Shown: positions 1 to 10,100 of the stretch, piece after piece | Position numbering within the stretch: the stretch's first letter is position 1 | Layout of the letters: the number at the start of each line of letters is the position of its first letter | NCBI GenBank assembly: GCA_048938295.1 | Contig: JBHLMI010000008.1 | Coordinates: 30,001-62,000, forward strand | Reading direction: 5' to 3' | From: Promethearchaeota archaeon | GTDB lineage: Archaea; Asgardarchaeota; Hermodarchaeia; Hermodarchaeales; Hermodarchaeaceae | DNA length: 32,000 nucleotides | Notes under the pieces: model-generated | What the model saw: only the letters and a program-made list of their open reading frames with translations | Database searches by the model: none | What the model was told of the DNA's origin: nothing | Translations under genes and position numbers: made by a program

Positions 1-2
1 TG

Positions 3-155
3 CCCATCACTTACCCCATCATCGCTATAGGGATAGCTCTAGCCGGATTGGGTTTTGTATTGCTATACCAGTTTTTGAGGAAGTATCCCAAAACGAGAGA
101 GAGTGAAGAGTTGTTTGAGGAATGGAATAATGAATTAGAGGGTGATCCAAAATGA
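3..155 (+). CDS. 3' end of membrane protein (partial, not in ORF track), paralog of the next gene
   Basis: Translates to PITYPIIAIGIALAGLGFVLLYQFLRKYPKTRES...GDPK*; LLYQFLRKYPK matches LLYQFIRKYPK in 152..766; ATGA overlap with next start. Confidence 0.8.
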   Translation, partial: PITYPIIAIGIALAGLGFVLLYQFLRKYPKTRESEELFEEWNNELEGDPK

Positions 156-766
156 GTAAGACCACTGATCTAAAGTCAATAGAACGACAGGCCTATCTTT
201 CCTACCATCAAGACGGATTAATCGACATCTTCGTTGGCATATTACTCATATTACTGGGGCTAACGATTTGGTTTTTACCGGAATTCTGGTTCTTCCTTGT
301 TGGCGGATTTTTTGCCCTCTTCTCATCATACGCTGCTGCAAAGAATAGAATCACAATTCCTCGGATGGGGTATGTCGAGTTCTCGTCAGCTCGACGACTA
401 AGGATCAAATACATCTTCTTGGTCTTAGTTTTACTCCTTGTGTTTGGTAATGTTTTGGGAATCATTGCGATGCTATATCCGCCATTAGGGGTGTTGATTT
501 TTGAGTCCGCTTTTACTATCCTAATAGTTGGTGTGGTTGGGAGCATCATTTTCGCTGTCATTGGCTTAGCTTCCAATATCCAACGATTCTATCTGTATGC
601 TGTTATCTTTCTTGGATCGGCAGTGTTCACCTTCTACTTCCCGATAATCACAGTCTTACCTTTGGTGGCTGTTGGGTTGATCATGACCGTGCTTGGGTCA
701 GTGCTGTTGTACCAATTCATTCGAAAATATCCGAAAGAATCGCTTGGAGAGATGGAGGGTGCCTGA
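152..766 (+). CDS. Multi-pass membrane protein of unknown function
   Basis: About 6 hydrophobic segments; coupled to upstream and downstream genes. Confidence 0.8.
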   Translation: MSKTTDLKSIERQAYLSYHQDGLIDIFVGILLILLGLTIWFLPEFWFFLVGGFFALFSSYAAAKNRITIPRMGYVEFSSARRLRIKYIFLVLVLLLVFGNVLGIIAMLYPPLGVLIFESAFTILIVGVVGSIIFAVIGLASNIQRFYLYAVIFLGSAVFTFYFPIITVLPLVAVGLIMTVLGSVLLYQFIRKYPKESLGEMEGA

Positions 767-1088
767 AGAGTCAGTTGACGCGAATTTCTCAATCATCGAT
801 GATATTGATCGGGTGATTCACGAACCTGCTCGATTAGCTATTATGTCCCATCTTTATGTCTTAGACCGTGCTGACTTCCTTTTTCTCAAACAACAGACAG
901 GGATGACGTGGGGGAACCTTTCGTCCCATATTACCAAACTCGAGAATGCCGGATATGTGGAAGTAATCAAGAAATTCGTTGACCGAAAACCGTACACGCT
1001 AATTCAATTGACGAAAGCAGGACGTCAAGCTTTCGAACAATATCAACGACAAATGCGGCATATGTTTGAAGGAATTAAAGAGAAATAG
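759..1088 (+). CDS. Winged-helix transcriptional regulator (MarR/ArsR-like, HTH_34 type)
   Basis: IHEPARLAIMSHL...DFLFLKQQTGMTWGNLSSHITKLENAGYV pattern; GTG start at 759 after GGAGG-like RBS, overlapping upstream stop. Confidence 0.85.
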   Translation: MPEESVDANFSIIDDIDRVIHEPARLAIMSHLYVLDRADFLFLKQQTGMTWGNLSSHITKLENAGYVEVIKKFVDRKPYTLIQLTKAGRQAFEQYQRQMRHMFEGIKEK

Positions 1089-1141
1089 CATACGTTGTGA
1101 TTTACTGACCAGAATAATACTTTGTCAGTTACAGTTGCTGG

Positions 1142-1501
1142 TCAAGCTTTTTCTGTTGGTGTAATAGCCCCAGCTACTAGGACGATGATTCCTGGGATGA
1201 ATCCAGCAAAGAGCAGACCCAAGATACCTGTGATGATGAGTCCTGTGCGATGAGGTAGTGGATCGCTTCGCCAGAAGAGCCAAATAATCGCTAGGATGAA
1301 ACCAATTATGATGAAGACCGCGAAGATGCCATAGTAAATTGGCATCAATATGTTGATCAGCCATTCGTATCCTGGCGGGATAATTAATGGGAGGAGCCTT
1401 GGAATCCAAAAAAGAATGAGATAGAGATAATAGACAATCATGAGGAATTGGAGAATTGTGCCAACAAGAACAAATGCCCGAATTGTCCCTTCTTCTACCA
1501 T
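1142..1501 (-). CDS. Small multi-pass membrane protein
   Basis: 119 aa, 3-4 hydrophobic segments. Confidence 0.7.
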   Translation of the reverse strand: MVEEGTIRAFVLVGTILQFLMIVYYLYLILFWIPRLLPLIIPPGYEWLINILMPIYYGIFAVFIIIGFILAIIWLFWRSDPLPHRTGLIITGILGLLFAGFIPGIIVLVAGAITPTEKA

Positions 1502-1554
1502 AGCGTTTACACTCCACTCTCAACGTCATATCCTCTTCGATTAAAGTGTTTCAA

Positions 1555-1809
1555 TTATGAGTGGGGTTGGGCTTCAGGTTCATCTAGGATTGTGAAATGT
1601 CGATACCCCCATGGTATCCATGACCAGATTCTTTCGTGTAGGAAGTATTCGATGAATTTAATGATGGTGTCAAGGCTACCCAGGATACCGGCGAATACGA
1701 TGTTGCCTGTCAAGATGAAGGTTACAATTATTGTGCTAAGAGAGGCAAGCAGTCGCCAGGTTATGCCTTTGATGATTGATCGAGTGCGTGTCTCTTCGGC
1801 TTTCCTCAT
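1555..1809 (-). CDS. DUF2061-like membrane protein
   Basis: ETRTRSIIKGITWRLLAS...YFLHERIWSWIPWG pattern; ATG at 1809 preceded by GGAGG. Confidence 0.8.
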   Translation of the reverse strand: MRKAEETRTRSIIKGITWRLLASLSTIIVTFILTGNIVFAGILGSLDTIIKFIEYFLHERIWSWIPWGYRHFTILDEPEAQPHS

Positions 1810-1910
1810 AAGGGATCCTCCTAAAATCCTTAGAGGAGCATAGCATTTATGCAAGGTTCTAATAAACAGATTGGTGGAGCCTGAGTTTTATTTCTCATAT
1901 TTGCTTTGAT

Positions 1911-2000
1911 AAAAGAGGGGATGGCCCGGGTCTCTGTACCCGTGTATTGGCCCCCGGACTCCGCAGCGACACCGGGCAGATTGGCGACGCTGGCACGTCA
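1911..2000 (-). ncRNA. Candidate structured non-coding RNA
   Basis: 54/80 GC at 1921-2000 in AT-rich surroundings; TTTATAT box at 2028-2022, T4 run at 1914-1911; two predicted stem-loops; no family recognised. Confidence 0.4.
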
Positions 2001-2146
2001 TTTCTGTGCTTGTAGATTCTGATATAAACTCCATACTTGCGCAGGATGAAAGGAAGAAGAAAGAGTCAATAGGTAATATATTCATCCTGTTTAGGCTGGT
2101 TTGTCACAGGCAAAAAGAAGCATGTAATAGAATGAATTCTGGCATT

Positions 2147-2914
2147 TTAGAAGTTAAGGATTATTGTGTTTTGGATTCGAGTGAGTCGTACGCCCTTGGT
2201 CTCTTGGGATTCGATTTCTGCATTCTTATCGACGAGCATTGTCAGGCTAACAGGCTTGCTCTCTCCCTTCTCTTTATCAACTTCGACGCTGACTTCAAAT
2301 ACGTCAAAGGAGGGATTCATCAATCGGAGTACAGCTTTTTGTTTCCCGATACTATGATCACCGGGTATCCATTGGTATCGTTCTCGAAGCAACTCGATTT
2401 GGAGCCTAGGAACTTTTACCCGCATGGCTTTGAATTCTTGGACTGAAAATTTGTCTATTGACGGAGGTTTTTTCTGATGCTGGTAGGGGCGGTGGCGGCG
2501 AAGGTTGTGGTATTCCATTGCCCATAGCAGTACGCCTTGACGTTCCGCCTCTTCGATGGGTACTTGTCCATAATAAGTGTACCAGGGTTTATTATCTGAA
2601 TCCTTGATTTGGTGTTTGTGCCATTGGAGTTGCGGATGTTGGGAAGGGAGGTTTTTGACTGTTTCTTGACCAGGTGACAAACAACTCATTGATAAGGCAA
2701 ATAGGGGTGGTGTATGCTCAGATTGTTTTAACATTTCGAAATAGCTACCATCGCGAGCAAACAGGTATACCCCTTCGTAACTGCCATCCGGTCGAGTGAT
2801 TGCTCGAGTTTCACAACTTTTCAGGACTCCACACAGGGCTGTGAGCCGTTTAATGGCCTGTGGGGGAAATGAATACATGAAGTGATCCAGGATTAACAAA
2901 TCCTGTAATGCCAT
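2147..2914 (-). CDS. Hypothetical protein, possibly glyoxalase/VOC-like (DUF5829-like)
   Basis: 255 aa ORF; N-terminal LDH...SYEGVYLF...YFEML resembles VOC-fold proteins. Confidence 0.55.
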   Translation of the reverse strand: MALQDLLILDHFMYSFPPQAIKRLTALCGVLKSCETRAITRPDGSYEGVYLFARDGSYFEMLKQSEHTPPLFALSMSCLSPGQETVKNLPSQHPQLQWHKHQIKDSDNKPWYTYYGQVPIEEAERQGVLLWAMEYHNLRRHRPYQHQKKPPSIDKFSVQEFKAMRVKVPRLQIELLRERYQWIPGDHSIGKQKAVLRLMNPSFDVFEVSVEVDKEKGESKPVSLTMLVDKNAEIESQETKGVRLTRIQNTIILNF

Positions 2915-3013
2915 AACTATCGCCTACGCTAGAATACCAATATCTCTGTGTGAAATACTATAAATCGCACTACTAGAGAGAATTGAATTCAGCTTTGCTG
3001 CCTTGAGTCGTTC

Positions 3014-4708
3014 CTAGCTTAGTGTCTTATCAATTAGAGGAACTTCATCTTTGAGAAGCACAGATAACGGGGGAAGGTCTAAAGTAAGTAAGAGGGGCTG
3101 GGCGATATACACATTCATTCGGGATTCATCGCAGGTGACAGTATATCCGTGTTGGATTAGTTCAGCTTCGGAGAGTCGGAGCCAGACTCCAAAGGCCTCG
3201 GTAAGGGATCCACGTATGTCGCTGTCAGGATCCAATGTATATAGATCATTGTAGCCAATCAATTCAGCTGCTTGCATTAGCACATGTTTTGCCGCCCAAT
3301 AATCTAATGCGATTGGATCAGTGCTTGCCATGAGGACATTGACGCGAGTGGCTTCATTATATGAGGTACTAGGTCCACAATTCGGTGAAGGATAGGGATT
3401 TGCATTAATCCAGATTGCGTCCATAATATTGAGGACCGGATAGCGCGTTTCAGAAAGAAGGGTACCCATTCCGCCATCAGCGATGGAATAATGGCCGTTA
3501 CCTAGTCCACCCGGATTGGCTTGTCCTTCCGATTGAACGCCCATGTAATGTTTCGTAGCTCCTGTAACCCCATAGCGCATGTGGGATTTGAGAATGGGGA
3601 AGTTAATCACTTTAAGGTGGTCATCGTAGGCGGTACCGTTCCAGATTCCATGTTTAAAGCTGATATAGGTTCCATCCGTTGTTTGGAATTTCGGATAGGT
3701 CACTCGGATGCCGGTATCGACGTCCATCATGGATGCTCGGATGTACCCATCGCCCATATCTCCTGTGGAGTACTCCTCGACTTCGGTGGGGCGAATTGAT
3801 TGCCAGTCGTATACGTTGACGGCATAGTCAGTGGCAAAACTAGCAACGACATCGGTAAAGGATTGACTTCGGTCTTCTGCATTGTTTTCAGCCCAATCCA
3901 TGTTGCCGAATCCTTGACCATTATCCGCGACCACTATTTCGCCTTCGAATCCGTCAGGGTGATCAATGATGGCTTGGATGAGTTGTCGTAGTAAATCAGT
4001 ATTTGTACCACCTCGGTATTCCCATTGACTATTGACTTTGATAAGCACAACATCATTGAATGCAATGAGCCCTGTAGGTCCTTGGTTGGCACCCGTTGTA
4101 CTCGACTGATAGAAATCCAGATCTTGGGTTCCCATGAGGTTAATGAGGTTTGGGATGGTCGCAAAGGTCCGTCCTTGAAGCACATAAACATCTGAGGCAG
4201 GTGATGAGGTGGCCACCTGAGGGGTCAAGGTGAGAAAGGCATCATTCCCCGATGCTTGCATAGTACACCAAAGGAAGACAATGCCAAAGCCAACAGTTGG
4301 TAATATGATCAGAAGAGCCAGGATGGGCTTCCAATATCGTTTAATGCCCGCTTTCATCTTTGCTATGGAGGGTTTCACTGATCGAAAGGAAAATCCAACA
4401 AAAAGTGATGTTATTGTAGCTGGCAAAATCACTTGTGCTGACATCGATACAGTCTCGATCGCCGCACGTTGGCAGGGATACAGGACTCGTGTTGGTTTAG
4501 TTCCTGTACGAAAGAGAAACCACAACAGGCTCGTTAAACCCAAGAGGAGGAGACCAGAATTGCGATTCCTTTTTTCCTTTTTGCCCCAGCCATTGATGGA
4601 TAATAGCCAAAGCACTGCTTGGCTTTTTAAGACCGTATAGAATATTTCAGTGCTGCTTTCAAAATGACACTCGTGTTCTAGCATATCGCTTGCCAAGAAA
4701 ACCACCAA
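3014..4708 (-). CDS. DUF362 domain protein with N-terminal membrane segments (true start uncertain, probably downstream of 4708)
   Basis: WFLFRTGTKPTR..YPCQRAA, VLIKVNSQW, LKSHMRYGVTGATKHYMG and DPIALDY motifs. Confidence 0.75.
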   Translation of the reverse strand: MVVFLASDMLEHECHFESSTEIFYTVLKSQAVLWLLSINGWGKKEKRNRNSGLLLLGLTSLLWFLFRTGTKPTRVLYPCQRAAIETVSMSAQVILPATITSLFVGFSFRSVKPSIAKMKAGIKRYWKPILALLIILPTVGFGIVFLWCTMQASGNDAFLTLTPQVATSSPASDVYVLQGRTFATIPNLINLMGTQDLDFYQSSTTGANQGPTGLIAFNDVVLIKVNSQWEYRGGTNTDLLRQLIQAIIDHPDGFEGEIVVADNGQGFGNMDWAENNAEDRSQSFTDVVASFATDYAVNVYDWQSIRPTEVEEYSTGDMGDGYIRASMMDVDTGIRVTYPKFQTTDGTYISFKHGIWNGTAYDDHLKVINFPILKSHMRYGVTGATKHYMGVQSEGQANPGGLGNGHYSIADGGMGTLLSETRYPVLNIMDAIWINANPYPSPNCGPSTSYNEATRVNVLMASTDPIALDYWAAKHVLMQAAELIGYNDLYTLDPDSDIRGSLTEAFGVWLRLSEAELIQHGYTVTCDESRMNVYIAQPLLLTLDLPPLSVLLKDEVPLIDKTLS

Positions 4709-4956
4709 TTGAAGCTCCTGTTTTAGTTTCCTAGGATTCTTTAAGGAAGGTGTTTTCAGATTTCTTTAAACACATTACTGAGCCATTCTAGCGAAGACCG
4801 CTATAACCTCTTAGGAACCGGCAGGTTCAGAAAAAAGTATACTGAGTGCCAATTTAACCTGGTAGGCTTCCGCATTTAAATACCTGATTTCCACTTGTTG
4901 AGCTGTCGAGTAAAAGAGGAAAGAGTCGGAGACTATTGGCTGTCTCCGATGACTTA

Positions 4957-6921
4957 CTAAACTCGTTCGTTGATGAGTTTTTCCACGACTGACGGGTCTG
5001 CCAGGGTTGTCGTGTCACCCAGATCCTTTATTTCGCCCGCTGCGATTTTCTTCAAGATGCGGCGCATGATTTTGCCGCTTCGGGTTTTGGGTAGTGCATC
5101 GGCGAACTGGATCTTGTCGGGTGTGGCGATGGGACCGATTTCTTTGCGGACATGTTCACGGAGTTCAGTTCGGAGCTCTTCGGTCTTCTCATACCCCATC
5201 TTGAGGGTGACGAAGCAGTAGAGTGCTTGGCCTTTGATGTCGTGTGGAAACCCAACTACGGCCGCTTCAGCAACGGAGGGATGTGAAACGAGTGCAGATT
5301 CGATTTCCGCAGTACCCATCCGATGTCCGGATACATTGACAACGTCATCAATTCGGCCAACGACCCAGAAGTAACCATCTTCGTCTTTTCGTGCTCCATC
5401 GCCTGTCATATAGTATGGCGGGAAGGTTTTGAAATAGGTGTCTACGAATCGTTGATGATCACCATAGACCGTACGCATTAGACCTGGCCAAGGTTTCTTG
5501 ATGACAAGGTAGCCCCCCTCGTTTATACCGACTTCTTGGCCGGATTCATCAACGATAATAGCTTCGATGCCTAAGAAGGGTAGGGTTGTTGATCCAGGTT
5601 TGAGTTCAACTGCCCCGGGTATAGGTGTGATGACCACTCCACCGGTTTCGGTTTGCCAGTAGGTGTCAACAATGGGGGCTTTCCCTTTGCCAACGACTTT
5701 GTAGTACCAAAGCCATGCTTCAGGGTTAATCGGTTCGCCAACACTCCCCAATAGTTTAAGGCTGCTCAGGTCGTGCTTGTTCACCCATTCGTCGCCCTGG
5801 CGCATGATAGCCCGGATTGCTGTTGGGGCGGTATAAAATTGATTAATTTTGTATTTTTCGACTATGGCCCAGAAACGGTCAGGTTCGGGGTAGGTGGGGA
5901 TTCCTTCAAACATGACGGAAGTGGCACCAGCCGCTAGCGGTCCATAGACGATGTAGCTGTGGCCAGTAATCCAGCCAATGTCAGCGGTGCACCAGTAGAT
6001 GTCTGTTGGGTGGTAATCGAAGATGTACTTGAAAGTGGTCATGGTGTAGGTTAGGTAGCCACCTGTGGTGTGGAGCACCCCTTTGGGTTTACCCGTTGAT
6101 CCGCTAGTGTAGAGAATAAATAGGGGATCTTCTGCGTCCATGGGTACTGCAGGGCATTCACCTTGTACAGCAGGATCTTCCATCAGTTCATGCCACCATA
6201 GGTCGCGTTTCTTCTTCATCTCAACATCGATGCCAGTTCGTTTAACCACGATACTGTATTTGACCTTGGGGCACTTTTTGAGGGCTTCATCAGCATTTGT
6301 TTTCAAAGGGATGGTCTTTCCACCCCGATAGCTGCCATCACTTGTAACGAGTCCTGTGCAATCAGCATCTAGAATACGATCTTTCAGGCTATCAGCACTG
6401 AATCCACCAAATACGATGCTGTGAATGATTCCTAATCGGGCACAGGCCAACATGGCAATTGTGAGCTCCGGGATCATGGGCATGTAAATAGCCAAACGGT
6501 CGCCTTTCTTGTATCCGAGTTTTTTGAGGACATTCGCGAATTTACTCACTTCTTCATGTAACTGCTGATAGGTGTAAGTTTTGCTCTGGTTCGGATCATC
6601 ACCTTCCCAGATAATTGCGATTTTGTCCTTTAGCTCTGTTTTCACATGGCGGTCCAGGCAGTTGTAAGCAGCGTTGAGTTTCCCGCCCTTGAACCAAGTA
6701 TGTTGGGCTTCAGTGGGATCCCAGGTATGCACGGGACCTGGCCATTTTTCGAACCAGTCAAGGTTTTCAGCTTGTTTGGCCCAAAATGCTGGAGGGTTCT
6801 TGATGGATTCTTGATAAAGTTCTCGTAATTCCTCCATACTTTTAATGAAGGCCTGTTTACTGAAAGCCTTCGATGGGGGGAATTTCCGAGCTTCTGTTGA
6901 TGTAATCTCGATTTTACTCAA
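4957..6921 (-). CDS. acs: Acetyl-CoA synthetase (AMP-forming)
   Basis: [18 protein letters not shown] and [11 protein letters not shown] motifs; 654 aa. Confidence 0.97.
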   Translation of the reverse strand: MSKIEITSTEARKFPPSKAFSKQAFIKSMEELRELYQESIKNPPAFWAKQAENLDWFEKWPGPVHTWDPTEAQHTWFKGGKLNAAYNCLDRHVKTELKDKIAIIWEGDDPNQSKTYTYQQLHEEVSKFANVLKKLGYKKGDRLAIYMPMIPELTIAMLACARLGIIHSIVFGGFSADSLKDRILDADCTGLVTSDGSYRGGKTIPLKTNADEALKKCPKVKYSIVVKRTGIDVEMKKKRDLWWHELMEDPAVQGECPAVPMDAEDPLFILYTSGSTGKPKGVLHTTGGYLTYTMTTFKYIFDYHPTDIYWCTADIGWITGHSYIVYGPLAAGATSVMFEGIPTYPEPDRFWAIVEKYKINQFYTAPTAIRAIMRQGDEWVNKHDLSSLKLLGSVGEPINPEAWLWYYKVVGKGKAPIVDTYWQTETGGVVITPIPGAVELKPGSTTLPFLGIEAIIVDESGQEVGINEGGYLVIKKPWPGLMRTVYGDHQRFVDTYFKTFPPYYMTGDGARKDEDGYFWVVGRIDDVVNVSGHRMGTAEIESALVSHPSVAEAAVVGFPHDIKGQALYCFVTLKMGYEKTEELRTELREHVRKEIGPIATPDKIQFADALPKTRSGKIMRRILKKIAAGEIKDLGDTTTLADPSVVEKLINERV

Positions 6922-7191
6922 GGCTTGTCACCGGCTTTTAGACTAGCAAGCATATTGCTTTCAAGTCTTCAGATCTCTGTCCCCTCAGTACTTCGAACTC
7001 TGGTCTTTGCAGGGGAACGCGTTCCGGTCACGGAAAGCGCTATTTAAAACTTTGGGAGATTTAGGTGTGATTCACGCAGCTTTCAACGTTTATTTCTCCG
7101 AAACCCGAAACAGATATGTACTGTTTTTTGTCAGAGTTTTCTTTAGTCACTTGACTTAGGGGACCAACGAAAGACTTCTGCGTGCTCAACC

Positions 7192-10100
7192 ATGTCTTCA
7201 TACGAGCGAGACCCAAATACCGTCAACGGTGACGACGAGCCACGGTTTCGACTCTTTTTTGAAAATGCGCCCCTCTATTGTTATATGGTTTCACCTCAGG
7301 GAATCATTCTGGACATTAACAAAGCTGCTCTCAAGGTGTTAGGTTACACACGAACAGAACTAATTGGCAAACACATTCGCTCTATCTACGCACCAGAATG
7401 TGAGGATAAGGCTAAAGATCTGTTTATTTCGTGGGAGAATGAGGGTACAATTACTGATGAAGAGCTCATTATCCAAACTAAAACTGGTGAACAGCGTATC
7501 GTTCTCTTAAATGCGAACGCGATTCACGAATCTGATGGATCCTTAGCCTATTCGATTTCGATTCAGCAAGATATCACTGAGTTAAGACAAAAGAAAGATG
7601 AGCTCAAGGAAAGCCAAAATGCTTTGAAAAAATCTGAAAAGGAAAAATCTGTGATTCTGGATAATATTTCAGAACACGTTATCTTTCAAGATTTGGAGAA
7701 CCACATCATTTGGGCTAACCGTGCTGCTGCTGAATCGGTGAACAGCAGTGTAGAGGAACTTGTTGGTAAAAACTGCTATGAAGTGTGGAACCAGCGAGAT
7801 ACACCCTGTATTGAGTGCCCTATCGTCATGGCTAGGGAAACCGGTGTTATTCAAGAACATGAGATGCGTACACCTAACGGTCGTGTATGGCATGTGCGTG
7901 GGTATCCACTTTATGATGAGAGTGACACTTTAATCGGTTGTGTTGAGGTCACTCGTGACATCACAGAGCGAACGAGGGTTGAAGAAGCGTATCACAAACT
8001 TGTTGATCAATCAATTCAAGGTCTATTAATTATCCAAAATGGAAAGGTCGCCTTCGCGAATCCAGCGTTTCTCCGAATAAGTGGCTATACAGAGGAAGAA
8101 GTCTTAGCCTTTAGTCCCTGGCAGATATTTGATATCATTCATCCGGATGATCGGAATGTTCCCTGGGAACAGCTGCAGAAAATCATACAGGGCGAACCGG
8201 TTTCAACTACCATGGAGTTGCGTGGAATTCTAAAGGATGGTACCGAACGCTGGTTTGAACTTTCATTAGCTGTTATCGAATACCAAGGTCAACTGTCAAC
8301 GCAAGTAACGATTATGGATATCGACGAGCGTAAAATGATTGAAGAAGCAATCCGACTCGAAAGGGATTGGGCTCAACGGTATTTGGACATGGCAGGGGTC
8401 ATGTTCATTGCTGTTGATACAAAAGGGAATATCACTTTAGTTAATCAAAAGGCCCTCGAGATTTTTGGATACTCAGAAGAGGAAATGATAGAACAGAACT
8501 ACTTCGATTTGTGTATACCTGAGTCATTACGTGCTGAAATGAAAGGGAAATTCCGCGCTAACATGGCTGGAGAAATTGAACCACGTGCTTTTGTTGAGAA
8601 CCCAATCATTACCAAAGACGGCGCAGAAAGACTCGTATCATGGCACACCACTATGTTCTATGATCCCTCCGGAAATCCGATTGGTGCCCTAACAGCAGGA
8701 GAAGACATAACTGAACGCAGATTTGCAGAGAATCTACTACGAAAAGAAAGGGATCGAGCTCAACAATACTTGGATATGGCAGGCGCTGCATTTATCGGAG
8801 TGGATAGGAATCAAAATATTTTTCTCGTTAATAGAAAAGGCTGCGAGATTTTTAGCTACTCAGAAGCTGAACTTTATGGTCAGAATTACTTCGACTTATG
8901 CATCCCTGAAAGACTTCGTGAGGAAATGAAAGACCGATTTGAACGGGCCATGGTAGGAACATTTCAGTTAAGCGAATATGTTGAAAATCCTATTAAGACT
9001 AAACAAGGCACCGAGCGGATGATTCTTTGGCATACTACTGTACTTGAAGATGAGGAAGGAAATAAAACAGGGATCCTGAGTTCTGGAGAAGACATTACGG
9101 AAAGAAAATTTGCAGAAGAAGCTCTGCGCGCCTCAGAGGAAAAATTCCGTTCTCTTGTAGAGGACACCACGGATTGGGTATGGGAAATTAACCGTGAAGG
9201 AAGACTTGTCTATTCAAACAGTGCAGTTGAAGACATACTCGGCTATACTGCTGGACAAATCATTGGGAGATCCTTCTTCGATTATATGGATTCTACAAGT
9301 GTAGAAAATGGTGAAGTTATGTTCACTGAAACGGTTGAAAAGCAGAAACCGTTTAAGAATCTCGTGGATCGCTTCATTCACCGAGATGGTAACATTGTGA
9401 TTCTGGAAGGCAGTGGTCGACCAGTCTTTGATGAGCAGCAACATTTAATCGGTTATCGAGGGGTATGCCGTGACATCACGGAACGTATGCGGGCTGACCA
9501 AATCCTCCGAGAATCCGAATCTCGGTATCGCTCCTTAGTTGAGACATCTCCTGACGCTATTACGCTTACGAATCCAGATGGAATGATTGTCTTAGTCAAT
9601 GAACGCGCTGTTCAATTGTTGGGCTTTAATAATCCTGGTGAACTGAGAGGCAGGAATTGCTTTGATTTCATCGTCCCCGAAGAGCGAAACCGGGCCATTG
9701 AAACTTTGAAAAGCACCAAAGAGCATGGACCGTCAGTTCCCCTTCTCTTCAATCTCATTCAAAAAGATGGTAAGATTTTTCCAGCGGAGATCAGTGCCTC
9801 ACTTCTCATTGGAGCAGCGGGTAAGGCATCAGGATATATTATTGTTGCTCGTAACATCACTGAACGCAAACAAGCCGAACAAGCCTTGAGAGAGGCTAAA
9901 GCGCGGTCAGAGTTCTTCACAGACCTGATGGCCCACGACCTCAACAATATCAACCAGGCTATCCTCTCTGGAATAGAGTTACAGCTGATGAATCCAGAGC
10001 TCCCAGAAGAGCTACGTACACAACTTCAGTTATCCTTAGAGCAAGTGGAACGAAGTGCGGCTTTAATTGGACGTGTCAAGAAATTCTCAGGGATGGATGA

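Noticed and set aside
1911-2000. tRNA or SAM-I/cobalamin riboswitch
   Set aside because: No TΨC loop or cloverleaf, and only short motif resemblances without the required helices
1955-2002. Eukaryote/Asgard-type SECIS (AUGA...AA...GA)
   Set aside because: Spacing from UGA to AA is about 15 nt rather than 11-12; the upstream gene ends in TAA with no in-frame TGA; the only read-through candidate (MPEFILLHASFCL-TGA) does not resemble a selenoprotein
2006-2446. Plus-strand 146-aa ORF
   Set aside because: Antisense shadow of 2147..2914 with no recognisable motifs
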